From positions 17,497-81,496 of the IMG/VR virus record IMGVR_UViG_3300046791_000454: a stretch of 64,000 bases of DNA. The stretch is one strand, 5' to 3'. Source of the stretch: a virus. Shown here piece after piece: positions 44,859 through 53,417 of the stretch. The notes under the pieces were generated by a model. It was not told the DNA's origin and did no database searches. It saw nothing but the letters and a program-made list of their open reading frames with translations. The stretch's first letter is position 1. The number at the start of each line of letters is the position of its first letter. A program made the translations under genes and the position numbers.

Positions 44859-45619
44859 CACGCCCACCGTCCTCCGGGCGCCCTCACCCGCTCGACGTGG
44901 CCGATGGGAATGCGCTCGCGCGTGCCATTGACTCGCGCTTCCGAGCTCATGAACGGGTCCACGCCCACGGAGTCCGCGAATGCCGACAGAGCTCCCCGTG
45001 CCATCTGCGCCGCCTCGTCGCGCACAACATCCAGGCTCTTGCCCACTTGGTCTCGCTGCATGCAGCACGCGACCAGCCACCCGCCGGGCGTGTCCCACGG
45101 GCGGGCGTTGGTGGCCCGCTTGGGGCTCTCACCTGGCCGCCACGCGTCGAGGCGGCCGGTGCGGAGGAACACTGTGGCCGGCACCTCGAACGTCGCCGCC
45201 TTGCGGTCCCTGTCGCGCTCGTAGCCCTTGCGCACAGCCTCGGTCAGGAGGGCCACGCCAACGAGCTCACCGAGCGCCTTAACGACCTTGATGCCCATGC
45301 CCTTGCCGAACGCATGGTCGACCGTGTGCGGCCAGTCGTTCATGCCGAACATGGCGTCGAGCACCGTCTCGTGCTGCGAACCGATAGCGAGGAGCATGGT
45401 CCGCACCTCTCGCGCCCGAGAGACCGGGGACGTGGCATGCGGGCCGAGGCGGTGCCTCCGGTCAAGGGCCCGCTCGCGGTCGCTGCTCGACGACCAGCCG
45501 CCCAACGCTGCGTCTACGAGAACGCCGAAGCTCGACCGCATACCGAGCTCGCTCTCCGCGCTCAGGAAGTACTCCGTGAGCATTGCCCGAATCCCGGGTG
45601 CGACTTGAAACGTTGCCAT
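44858..45619 (-). CDS. hypothetical protein (possible late regulator)
   Basis: GGAG SD; coupled to the HTH gene; function inferred from position only. Confidence 0.7.
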   Translation of the reverse strand: MATFQVAPGIRAMLTEYFLSAESELGMRSSFGVLVDAALGGWSSSSDRERALDRRHRLGPHATSPVSRAREVRTMLLAIGSQHETVLDAMFGMNDWPHTVDHAFGKGMGIKVVKALGELVGVALLTEAVRKGYERDRDRKAATFEVPATVFLRTGRLDAWRPGESPKRATNARPWDTPGGWLVACCMQRDQVGKSLDVVRDEAAQMARGALSAFADSVGVDPFMSSEARVNGTRERIPIGHVERVRAPGGRWA

Positions 45620-45653
45620 GCTTTCCTCCGCACCGGCGCCTGTCCGGTGTGCC

Positions 45654-47222
45654 TCAGTCCGTCTGCGATCTGTACGTCTGCAACTTGGGCGGTGCTCCAG
45701 GGGCCCGATTGAGCTTCTTCGCCGCTCTAGCGATTGCGAGCACCGCCGCCATCAGAATGTCGCCGTGCGCCTGGCCCGCCTTGGGGAGCTGAATCTGAAT
45801 GACACCGCCGGGACCGGCCCGGCTCTTGGCGCCGCGAAACTGGTTCAAGAGGCGCGGGTCGTCGGGGAGCTCCAGAAGTCCCTCGGCCGCGAGCCGCCGC
45901 ACGATCGTGAACTCCTCAGCCTTGAACGCCGCCGTCGGCTGCACCTCGTCGTAGACCACCTCGTAGCTGTGGGCCTTGCGCCACTTCGCGAGCTCGTCGT
46001 GGGCCATGTCGACGTAGTGCATGTCGCCACGCATCGCCCGAGCGCGGAAGCTCCTGCACGTCGAGGCGAACTGCCCAATCACCGCGCTCGGCACCAGCGG
46101 CTTGCCGGGCAGCGGCACAAGCTCCTCGTAGTGGGCGAGCTGCACCTTGCCGCCCTCGACGCGCGCAAGGGCCAGCGCCGAGGAGTTCTTGCGAAAGCCG
46201 AGATCGACGCCCGCCGCGTGCTCCGCACCGTTCGGGGGTAAGAGCTGACGACCTCGAACCACGGCGATGTCGAGCGCGGTCTCCGGGAAGAATGCCGACG
46301 AGTTGATGTCGAGCGGGATGGCGTCGTATTCGCGCTCGGCCGTGTGCGGGTCCTTGGCGCGCTCGGCCTCGACGGTCGCCGCCATCTCGGGCGACGTGTT
46401 CATGCTGCACGTGTCGGAGTGGAACGAGAACTCGCGGCCCGGCTTGCCGAACGCGGCCTCGAAGTTGATGTAGAAGTAGCCCTCGCGCGACCAGGGCGAG
46501 CTCGGCATGTAGAGCTGCGCACCCGGCAGGAGCCGCGTCGTCGCCGCCTTCACCTGGTCGCCAAGGTTCGCCTGCTTGCCGTCGCCGTCGAAGAAGTCGG
46601 CCTCGTCGAGAACGCACCCGGAGAGCCACGTGGAACGCAGGTTCGTCCCGCCTGGCGACGCGGCGAGGAGGACGACCTTGACCAGGTAGCCGTCGGGGCG
46701 GCGCAGCGTGAACGACTCCGCGCCGGGCTCGTCGACCAGGAGCGTCCTCAGCAGGTCGCTCTCGGTCATGCTCCCGACCAAGTGGCTGAACGCGGCACCC
46801 GTCGTGTCGAGCCGAGCGGAGACGATGGGCGCGCGCACGAGCTCACCCTTGCGCACGCCGGACATGTCGCAGACGAGCGAGGACCAGAGCAGCCCGCCCA
46901 TGGCGGAGATCAAGCTCTTGCCGGCCCGGACGCCGGTGCGGAGGTAGACGACCCGCGGCTTGCGGGGCGGGAAGGCATCGACGCCGAAGTGGAACGTCAT
47001 CTCCTCGGGCGTCAGGAGCCCGCCGATGGGCTTGCCTTCCAGCGCGCGGATCAAGGCGAGCTGCGGGGCTGAGGGGGCGAAGGCGCCCATGTCGGTGCCC
47101 GTGATGAGGCGCTCTAGAGACAGGCTCGGGCCCAGCATGTCGGTGGCCTGCTTCGGCGACGGCGCCGTGATGATGCCGATCGCCTTGTCGAGGAACGCGT
47201 CCCGGGTCGCCGGAGATGTCAC
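45654..47222 (-). CDS. terL: terminase large subunit
   Basis: Walker A GVRAGKS, Walker B VLDEADF, SSPW, REYDA, nuclease GVDLG and HGD. Confidence 0.9.
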   Translation of the reverse strand: MTSPATRDAFLDKAIGIITAPSPKQATDMLGPSLSLERLITGTDMGAFAPSAPQLALIRALEGKPIGGLLTPEEMTFHFGVDAFPPRKPRVVYLRTGVRAGKSLISAMGGLLWSSLVCDMSGVRKGELVRAPIVSARLDTTGAAFSHLVGSMTESDLLRTLLVDEPGAESFTLRRPDGYLVKVVLLAASPGGTNLRSTWLSGCVLDEADFFDGDGKQANLGDQVKAATTRLLPGAQLYMPSSPWSREGYFYINFEAAFGKPGREFSFHSDTCSMNTSPEMAATVEAERAKDPHTAEREYDAIPLDINSSAFFPETALDIAVVRGRQLLPPNGAEHAAGVDLGFRKNSSALALARVEGGKVQLAHYEELVPLPGKPLVPSAVIGQFASTCRSFRARAMRGDMHYVDMAHDELAKWRKAHSYEVVYDEVQPTAAFKAEEFTIVRRLAAEGLLELPDDPRLLNQFRGAKSRAGPGGVIQIQLPKAGQAHGDILMAAVLAIARAAKKLNRAPGAPPKLQTYRSQTD

Positions 47223-47422
47223 TTCGCGCCAAGCCTCTCAGCCTCGATGCAGGCCGGCACGCGCGTCGCAATCGAAACAAGGTTGCCGTCCTCGTCGCGA
47301 TCTTCCCCCAAGTCCAGCGGCTCGTCGAACAGCGCGCATTGCCTGAAAAGCTCCTGCGCCCACGCGCACCGGCCGCAGGTGCGCTCCTCTGAGTCGACAA
47401 CAACCACAAGCGCGCGCTTCAT
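47219..47422 (-). CDS. small Cys4 protein (family copy 1)
   Basis: VVD..TCGRC...CALF...RVPACIEAE. Confidence 0.75.
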   Translation of the reverse strand: MKRALVVVVDSEERTCGRCAWAQELFRQCALFDEPLDLGEDRDEDGNLVSIATRVPACIEAERLGAK

Positions 47423-47452
47423 CGGTGGAACCCCTCCGTCATGCCGAGCACC

Positions 47453-47683
47453 TTACCGCCGTCGCCCAGCACGAACTCCTGACCCCGAGGCTGCGATGCA
47501 ATGGGCAAGGCGCAGCGGCTCCTCGTCCTCGTTCATGGCGAGCATCATCGCCACGCCCTCGGCCGTGCGAAAGAAGCAACAGCGGTCGTAGTTGTACCCA
47601 GTGATGAGACCGCTGCACTTCGCACCGCACCGGTCCGGGTGCTCGTCGTCGACCTCGATGGGGACCATGGCGAGGAGCTTCAC
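47453..47683 (-). CDS. small Cys4 protein (family copy 2)
   Basis: EVD..CGAKC...RCCFF...RLAHCIAA. Confidence 0.7.
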   Translation of the reverse strand: MKLLAMVPIEVDDEHPDRCGAKCSGLITGYNYDRCCFFRTAEGVAMMLAMNEDEEPLRLAHCIAASGSGVRAGRRR

Positions 47684-48570
47684 TTGCCCTTCCCTGCCGG
47701 CAGGCTCTTCGCCCCGGCGTACTCAAGTTTCAAAGCTTGAAGCCCCTCGGCCACGGCCGCCAGCGCATCGGGGTACGGCTCGAGCCGCTCCCGAACCACC
47801 GCAAGCATCCGGTCGACGAGCGGATTCTGCAACAGGTTAACTACAATGTTCGTGCTGCTGGTGACGACGCCGCTCGCTCGGTCGTGGTTCTTCTGCGACT
47901 CGACCGCCACGGCCAAAAACTTCGGCTTGTTGCCCAGCGCAGCGGCCGCGACGGCCGGGCCGAGGTCCTCCGGGATGTCCCCCTGAGCCGCGTCCTCGGC
48001 CTGGTCCCGCATGTGACGCCACCACGAAAGCGACTCCAGCCGCGCCTGCGACACGTCGCCCATGTCCGCCGCCGCCAGGTCCACCGCGCGCTTCATGTAC
48101 CCGCGAACGCAGTCCTCCGAAACGCCCCAAACCGCGGACAGCGCGGGCACGTCCGCCGACGACTTCCACTCGTGTCCGGAGACCAAACGCCTCGTAATGA
48201 ACCTCACACGTTGCTTGTCGTCTAGGATTCCAAAGGCTTCTTTTGCCCATGTGGCACAGGGGTCGCGCGCGCGCGGAAAGTCATTGTCCGCGGACAGAAG
48301 CTCGCCAACCTCTCCGGACACATCGTCCCCCCCAACCACCTCCGTCTGGCTGTCCGTGTCCGCGTCCGGAGAACTGTCCGGGATTCCCGGACGGTTGCTC
48401 TTGGCGACTGGCTTCCCCGTGATGCCGAGGTGTCGGCGGTGCTCCGCAAGGGCGCTCTTGCCCACCCCGAAGGCCTTGGCGGCGTCGCGGACGCTGTACC
48501 CTTGCCGGAGGGCCTCAGCGATGGCCTCGGCCTGCAGGTGGGCCGCCATGGCGCAGCAGGGCTTGGTCAC
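47680..48570 (-). CDS. terminase small subunit-like HTH protein
   Basis: CC..H..AIAEALRQGYSVRDAAKAFGVGKSALAEHRRHL; C-terminal NIVVNL; upstream of terL. Confidence 0.65.
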   Translation of the reverse strand: MTKPCCAMAAHLQAEAIAEALRQGYSVRDAAKAFGVGKSALAEHRRHLGITGKPVAKSNRPGIPDSSPDADTDSQTEVVGGDDVSGEVGELLSADNDFPRARDPCATWAKEAFGILDDKQRVRFITRRLVSGHEWKSSADVPALSAVWGVSEDCVRGYMKRAVDLAAADMGDVSQARLESLSWWRHMRDQAEDAAQGDIPEDLGPAVAAAALGNKPKFLAVAVESQKNHDRASGVVTSSTNIVVNLLQNPLVDRMLAVVRERLEPYPDALAAVAEGLQALKLEYAGAKSLPAGKGK

Positions 48571-48749
48571 TTGGCCTTCGCCTCCAAGATGTCCAGGAGC
48601 ACCGTGAAGCTCTCGAGGGACCGGGCCTTGTCGCACCCGGCCGCCGACAGAAGCAGGGCCGCCGCCTGCATTGTTGCGTACGCGCGGGTGACCGTGCAGC
48701 GGGTGACCACGACGTCGGACCCGCCGGAGATAAGCAGGCGGCCGATCAT
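48567..48749 (-). CDS. hypothetical protein
   Basis: ATGA/GTGA coupling. Confidence 0.6.
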   Translation of the reverse strand: MIGRLLISGGSDVVVTRCTVTRAYATMQAAALLLSAAGCDKARSLESFTVLLDILEAKAK

Positions 48750-49093
48750 GGCTCTCCGCCTCCCGCCAGCGCCTTCTCGACGTCCTCGGCGGTCACCCCG
48801 TACCTGCCGACGGTGGCGACGACGCCGACCTTCTCGGCCGAGGCACGCAGCACAGCCCAGCCCTCGGGCTTCATGTGGAGCATGAGCCCGCCATTCGTGC
48901 CGGGCGCGTGGTGAAGCTCGGCGCGGACGATCTCGCTCGACGCGTTGACGAAGGCGCACACCTGCTCTCGGGTGAAGGCGCCGGGGCGGAGCCAGACGTC
49001 GGCAACGCGGGCTCCGGGTTCGTGGATCACGAAGCAGCCCTCGAAGCGCTTGGCTCGGGCCTGGTGGCGGCGGGAGCGGGCTCGGAGGCTCAT
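48746..49093 (-). CDS. hypothetical protein
   Basis: ATGA coupling. Confidence 0.7.
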   Translation of the reverse strand: MSLRARSRRHQARAKRFEGCFVIHEPGARVADVWLRPGAFTREQVCAFVNASSEIVRAELHHAPGTNGGLMLHMKPEGWAVLRASAEKVGVVATVGRYGVTAEDVEKALAGGGEP

Positions 49094-49356
49094 GGCTTCT
49101 TCCGGTTCCTGACTGGCATCCGGGTGGCGACGAGCGTGAATCTCTCGCCCGAAAACAACGCCTGTCCGAACGCGCGGAGCTCCTCTGTCGTCAGCACAAA
49201 CACCATGTCGAGCTCAACTGGATATTGGCCTCGCATGCCGCCCCACGCGATCGGCCCATCCGTCTCGTAGCCTTGGATGTCCACCGGGAAGCTCACCCGC
49301 TTCGGGCGCTCCGGCGGCTTAGGCTTCTTGACGGTGGTCTTCTTGGGCTTGCTCAC
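49090..49356 (-). CDS. hypothetical basic protein
   Basis: GTGA coupling, GAGG SD. Confidence 0.65.
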   Translation of the reverse strand: MSKPKKTTVKKPKPPERPKRVSFPVDIQGYETDGPIAWGGMRGQYPVELDMVFVLTTEELRAFGQALFSGERFTLVATRMPVRNRKKP

Positions 49357-49670
49357 GCGGTCCTCGTGGTCACCGTCGGCACCGGCAGGCCGTGCAGCTC
49401 GGCGAACGTGGTGGCGTTTCGCTGCGTGAGCTTCGCCCACGCCTCCGACCCAGTTGCGTAGACCTCCGCGCGAAGCTTCTGCCACTTGCCGGCGTTGCGA
49501 GGCCAACCGAAGTCGCTCGGGCCGAAGCCCATGCTCTGCAAGACGCGGCGGTCGAAGCCATCCATTGCAGCCCACTCGCGAAGGCCTCGGCGGAGACAGC
49601 GCTCGGTGGCGGCCTTGCGTTGGCGGCGCGTGAGGCCGCGACGGCGTTTCTGGATGGTTTGGTGGTTCAA
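49353..49670 (-). CDS. hypothetical protein with Arg-rich N-terminus
   Basis: TTGA coupling; QKRRRGLTRRQRKAATE. Confidence 0.6.
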   Translation of the reverse strand: MNHQTIQKRRRGLTRRQRKAATERCLRRGLREWAAMDGFDRRVLQSMGFGPSDFGWPRNAGKWQKLRAEVYATGSEAWAKLTQRNATTFAELHGLPVPTVTTRTA

Positions 49671-49954
49671 TTGAGCACCGCGCCCTCTGGCACCTCGTCC
49701 TCGTCTCCGCTTGTTGGCTCCTCGCTCACCGCCACACTCGCTTGCAAGTCGAGCCTCCACCCACCGCGCCCGCCGCCCCAGCGAGCGTCAAGCTGCTGCC
49801 AGCCAGAGGCCCGCTCGAAGACCATTGTGACCTTCCGGCGTGGGTCTTGGCGGAACCAGCAGGCCAGCGTGACCAGCGGGCCGTCGGTCGACAAGATGGT
49901 GCCGAACATCTCGCCGCCGCTGTTCGAGTGCCTGATGCGAAAGGCGAGCGTCAC
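49667..49954 (-). CDS. hypothetical protein
   Basis: GTGA coupling. Confidence 0.6.
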   Translation of the reverse strand: MTLAFRIRHSNSGGEMFGTILSTDGPLVTLACWFRQDPRRKVTMVFERASGWQQLDARWGGGRGGWRLDLQASVAVSEEPTSGDEDEVPEGAVLN

Positions 49955-50256
49955 GACTGGAACCTCCCGGCCCACGCTCTCCGCCCGAAGGTGAGCGTGA
50001 CGACGGCGACGATGAGCCCACGCCACCACGGCGACGCCATCTCGAGGCCCCAGGCCAAGAAGAACCAGGCGCCGGTGGCGACCAGACCGGACAGGATGCT
50101 CACGCCGAGGACGTGCCCGGCGGTCACGGCGGACGGGACGCGCCCCATGGCCCACGTCGTGCCGTTGCAGAACGGGCACGGCCGCTCGCCGTACTTGTCG
50201 CGGCCCCGGCCCTTGCAGAGCTTGCAGGGTTCGTAGCCTTTCAGGACCACAGTCAT
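49951..50256 (-). CDS. DnaJ-type Zn-finger plus 2 TM membrane protein
   Basis: CKLCKGRG...CPFCNGT followed by two hydrophobic helices. Confidence 0.7.
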   Translation of the reverse strand: MTVVLKGYEPCKLCKGRGRDKYGERPCPFCNGTTWAMGRVPSAVTAGHVLGVSILSGLVATGAWFFLAWGLEMASPWWRGLIVAVVTLTFGRRAWAGRFQS

Positions 50257-50579
50257 GGCGTCGGCTTGGCCTTTCCCGTCCCGCCGCAATTGTGACAGTC
50301 GACCTCGCGCGTGAGCTTGAAGTCCGGCAAGAGCCCGGCTTCCACCTTCCGGGAGCCCGCACACGTCAGGCAGGCGCCTTCGGCCTTCAGCTTGCGATCC
50401 CGTCGCACCCGTTCAAGCTCGCCGCCCGCGATCTCGACTTCGTGCGCGGTCCGCAGGCCCGTCTCGTCGCGGCGGCGGACGACGACCTTCACGTGTGCCA
50501 CGTCGTCGAGCGGCAGGCCGTTGAGCGTCACGAGTGTGCCCTCCGCGGTGCCGTCGGTTCGGATGACGAGCTCGGCCAC
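50253..50579 (-). CDS. protein with DnaJ-type CxxCxGxG Zn-finger
   Basis: CLTCAGSR...CHNCGGTG. Confidence 0.75.
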   Translation of the reverse strand: MAELVIRTDGTAEGTLVTLNGLPLDDVAHVKVVVRRRDETGLRTAHEVEIAGGELERVRRDRKLKAEGACLTCAGSRKVEAGLLPDFKLTREVDCHNCGGTGKAKPTP

Positions 50580-50582
50580 CGG

Positions 50583-50906
50583 TCACTCCGCCGCCGCCGC
50601 CGACTTGACGAGTTCTTCGCCGTCGTCGTCGGGCATGTCATGGATCAGACCGCGCGATTCAAGCTCCGTAGCAAGTGCCTGCGCCACGTCGCAGGCCCGC
50701 TTCGCGAGTTCCTCCGGCGTGGCGAGACGGTGCTTCTGTTGGCCACTGGAGTCCTCGCCATCCGGCACTGCCGCGATGAGCGCGAAGTGCGTCACGATCT
50801 TCTCAGCCACGCCGGCGACGGGACCAAGGACGGTCGTCGGGCGCGCCGTGTAGGTAGTTTGGTACCGGTCCCGCGTGAACTTGACGTCGTTCTGTCCGTT
50901 CTTCAT
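50583..50906 (-). CDS. hypothetical protein
   Basis: GGAG SD, codon bias. Confidence 0.75.
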   Translation of the reverse strand: MKNGQNDVKFTRDRYQTTYTARPTTVLGPVAGVAEKIVTHFALIAAVPDGEDSSGQQKHRLATPEELAKRACDVAQALATELESRGLIHDMPDDDGEELVKSAAAAE

Positions 50907-50909
50907 GGC

Positions 50910-51512
50910 CTACTCCGCCGCGACGGCGACGCCGTTGGCGCTCTTCACTTTGCCGCCCTTCGCGGCATAGGTGGTGCTTCGCTTGTTTCCGGACTTGACC
51001 ACGAAGCCGTCGGCAATGAGCTTCCGCGCGGGCAGCGCCAGCTCCTTCGTCGACACGAGCATCGACTTGCCGATCTGCTCGATCCTCTGATTCGGGTTCG
51101 CTTTGATGTGCACGAGCAGCTCGTCGGTCAGGGCCGCCAGTTTCTCCGGGTCGCGCTTCTGCCCCTTGCTGCCAGCCGCCTTCACGGCCTTCGCCTTCGG
51201 CGCCTTGGTCGCTTTCGGGAGCCCGCTGCGGCCCGTCGCGCCAGCCTTCTTGCCTGCCGGCGTGAGCGCCTCCGAGACGGCCTTGGCAACCGCCTTGGCC
51301 TTGCGGGCCTTGCGGGGCTTGACGGTCCTGATGTGAATGTCGGGGGCGCCGAACGGTACAGGTGCGCTCGCAGCCCCGTTGCGCAGTTCGACCACTGCGA
51401 TTCCGGTGAGCATGCCGAGGAGCAGGGCGTCGACGTCGGCGCGGGGCAGGCGGGAGACCATGTTGGCGATGACCACGTGGGCCTGAGCGGGGAGAATGTT
51501 GGCAGTTGCCAT
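50910..51512 (-). CDS. Lys/Ala-rich (H1-like) plus winged-helix DNA-binding protein
   Basis: KAKAVAKA/KAPKAKAVK linker; KRDP..L..LLVHIKANPNQRIEQIGK...KELALP.RKL...GNKRSTTY. Confidence 0.8.
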   Translation of the reverse strand: MATANILPAQAHVVIANMVSRLPRADVDALLLGMLTGIAVVELRNGAASAPVPFGAPDIHIRTVKPRKARKAKAVAKAVSEALTPAGKKAGATGRSGLPKATKAPKAKAVKAAGSKGQKRDPEKLAALTDELLVHIKANPNQRIEQIGKSMLVSTKELALPARKLIADGFVVKSGNKRSTTYAAKGGKVKSANGVAVAAE

Positions 51513-51534
51513 GGGGATACCTTTCGGGCCGGCG

Positions 51535-52044
51535 CTACGGCGCAGCCACTTGCCCAGTCCTGACACGCGACGATCGCGCCGGTTGTGAGAACCCACTAAA
51601 CCGCGTGTCGTTTTTTGCGATTGCGATTCCCATCGCCTCGAGCGCCGCAAGGTGCCTGTGCACCACTCCCTTCGACGCGATACCCGCCAGGCGCCCAACC
51701 TCTCCGAGCTGAGGGGTCGTGCCGCGCATTGTGAGCGCGGACACATAGGCGTCCAGCACCCGCGCCTGAGCCTCCGAGAGCACCAGGACGGCCCGGCGCC
51801 CGTCTGGGAGGGTGACAGCCCGTGAAACAGCCCGTGAAACGTCCGCGCGGTGCCTTTTGGGTGTCGTGTCTGGCTTCGGGTGCGCCGCCTCGCCCTCCCG
51901 AACGGCCAACCGACGGCGCCAGTCGTGGCCACCGGGGTAGTACCTGAGCAGGTCGTCCAGCACCTCGTCGGCTTCCTCGCGGGTCTCGTAGCCGCGGTCG
52001 ACGTAGGCGCGTTTGCGGTCCTGGTCCCAGACGTAGAACTTCAT
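51535..52044 (-). CDS. protein with LexA-type DNA-binding HTH and no peptidase domain
   Basis: LSEAQARVLDAY....RGTTPQLGEVGRLAGIASKGVVHRHLAALEAMG. Confidence 0.75.
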   Translation of the reverse strand: MKFYVWDQDRKRAYVDRGYETREEADEVLDDLLRYYPGGHDWRRRLAVREGEAAHPKPDTTPKRHRADVSRAVSRAVTLPDGRRAVLVLSEAQARVLDAYVSALTMRGTTPQLGEVGRLAGIASKGVVHRHLAALEAMGIAIAKNDTRFSGFSQPARSSRVRTGQVAAP

Positions 52045-52289
52045 GGCTTGCCTCCGCTCGCTTCCTCGACGGTCCCGTAGAACTGGAACCCGTGGCGCTT
52101 CGCAATGTCCTCCACGGCTGGGCCGCAGTTGCGCCACATCCCGAGCTCCCGGTCTGTGATGTCCACCGACGGCGGGTCTTGGTTGTTGACGTTGCGGAGC
52201 GAGACCACGAAGCCGGCCCAGCCGATGGCGCGGACGGAGGTGACTTCGCCGATCCAGCCGTCTTGGCGCTCGAAGCGTTCGCCGATCAC
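52041..52289 (-). CDS. hypothetical protein
   Basis: GTGA/ATGA coupling. Confidence 0.65.
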   Translation of the reverse strand: MIGERFERQDGWIGEVTSVRAIGWAGFVVSLRNVNNQDPPSVDITDRELGMWRNCGPAVEDIAKRHGFQFYGTVEEASGGKP

Positions 52290-52447
52290 TTCGGGTTGCC
52301 CTTCGGTGGCGGGGCCTTCTCTTGCTCCGGCGGCGCGTACGCGGGCGTGGCCGAGCAGTAGTGAATGCTCCAGACCAGGGCCTTGCCGGGCGGCGGGACC
52401 GGGAAGGGGGCGCCGCAGGTGGGGCAGGTGCCGGGCTTCGAGCTCAT
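52286..52447 (-). CDS. small Zn-ribbon, Pro-rich protein (53 aa), absent from ORF track
   Basis: MSSKPGTCPTCGAPF...HYC; coupled at both ends. Confidence 0.6.
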   Translation of the reverse strand: MSSKPGTCPTCGAPFPVPPPGKALVWSIHYCSATPAYAPPEQEKAPPPKGNPK

Positions 52448-53097
52448 CGGCCCTTCCTCAGCGTCGAGAGGTTCGCCGTCCGACTCACGACGCGCAGCGA
52501 GGCCCGCGCATCGTGATACGCGCGGAACATGAGCGCGTCGGGCTCGTTCAGAAACCGCGTCGTCGTCCCGCCCGCGGCGTCGACCGATGCAGTCGAGCCG
52601 TACTCGGCGATAAACGCCGCAAGGATGGCGTCGAACGTCCAGGGCTCGGCGTGGTCAACGTGGCAGGTGTCCCACGTGACCACCTCTCCGGTGATGGGGC
52701 ACGTGAGCGACCCAGACAGCGCGAACGCCATCGACTTGAACGCGAGCACTGAGTCGACGACGGAGGTGCGGCACGCTTTCTTGAAGTCGTCGAGCGCGCT
52801 GCGCGGCGTGAGGCAGGACTTGTAGCTGAAGTCGATCCGCGACCCGTCGACGCGCACGATGCAGAAGCAGCGATTCCCGAAGTCGCTTCGCATGACCTCG
52901 AGATGGTCAACGCCCACGCCGATCTTCTCGGCCGCGGATTGGTGGTTGGCGAGGACCGCGCGCACGAAGGCCTCGTCCGCATCATCAAGCACGGCACCGG
53001 GCGCGTACTTCGCGAGCACGCCGGCAATCCGCTTGTCAGCCGCGCTCTTGGTGACGAAGGTCTCGGTCCCGAGCGTGAACGACTGTCGCTTGCTCAT
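52444..53097 (-). CDS. DCL/DUF3223 domain plus HNH-like C-terminus
   Basis: LANHQSAAEKIGVGV...RCFCIVRVDGSRIDFSYKSC; CPITG..CHVDH...ANL. Confidence 0.8.
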   Translation of the reverse strand: MSKRQSFTLGTETFVTKSAADKRIAGVLAKYAPGAVLDDADEAFVRAVLANHQSAAEKIGVGVDHLEVMRSDFGNRCFCIVRVDGSRIDFSYKSCLTPRSALDDFKKACRTSVVDSVLAFKSMAFALSGSLTCPITGEVVTWDTCHVDHAEPWTFDAILAAFIAEYGSTASVDAAGGTTTRFLNEPDALMFRAYHDARASLRVVSRTANLSTLRKGR

Positions 53098-53417
53098 GCC
53101 GCATCCTCTCCAGACAGCAGCCTGGCTGCCAAGTCTTCGACCGTGGTCCCCGCCGTTGCCGCCTCGTACGCATCCAGACACTGGCGGAGCGCGTCCGCGT
53201 CGCCGTGCTTCTGCCGCACGTACGCAGCAACCGCGAGCACGCCGTCGTCGAAGATGCGAAACCGGTTGAACCTCGTGGCGACGCCGATGGCGGTCCAGAC
53301 GTCCGCGAACCGCGCCGTCGCGAACGCGTACGACTTCATGCGCTCCTCGACGGCGAGGTAGGCAACGTTGACGACAACGGCGCCGAGGAAGGCGGCCTCG
53401 TTCTGCGTGCGGCTCAT
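53094..53417 (-). CDS. hypothetical protein
   Basis: ATGA coupling on both sides. Confidence 0.65.
   Translation of the reverse strand: MSRTQNEAAFLGAVVVNVAYLAVEERMKSYAFATARFADVWTAIGVATRFNRFRIFDDGVLAVAAYVRQKHGDADALRQCLDAYEAATAGTTVEDLAARLLSGEDAA

Noticed and set aside
51813-51840. 12-bp tandem repeat ACAGCCCGTGAA x2
   Set aside because: In-frame VSRA duplication in a linker; only two copies
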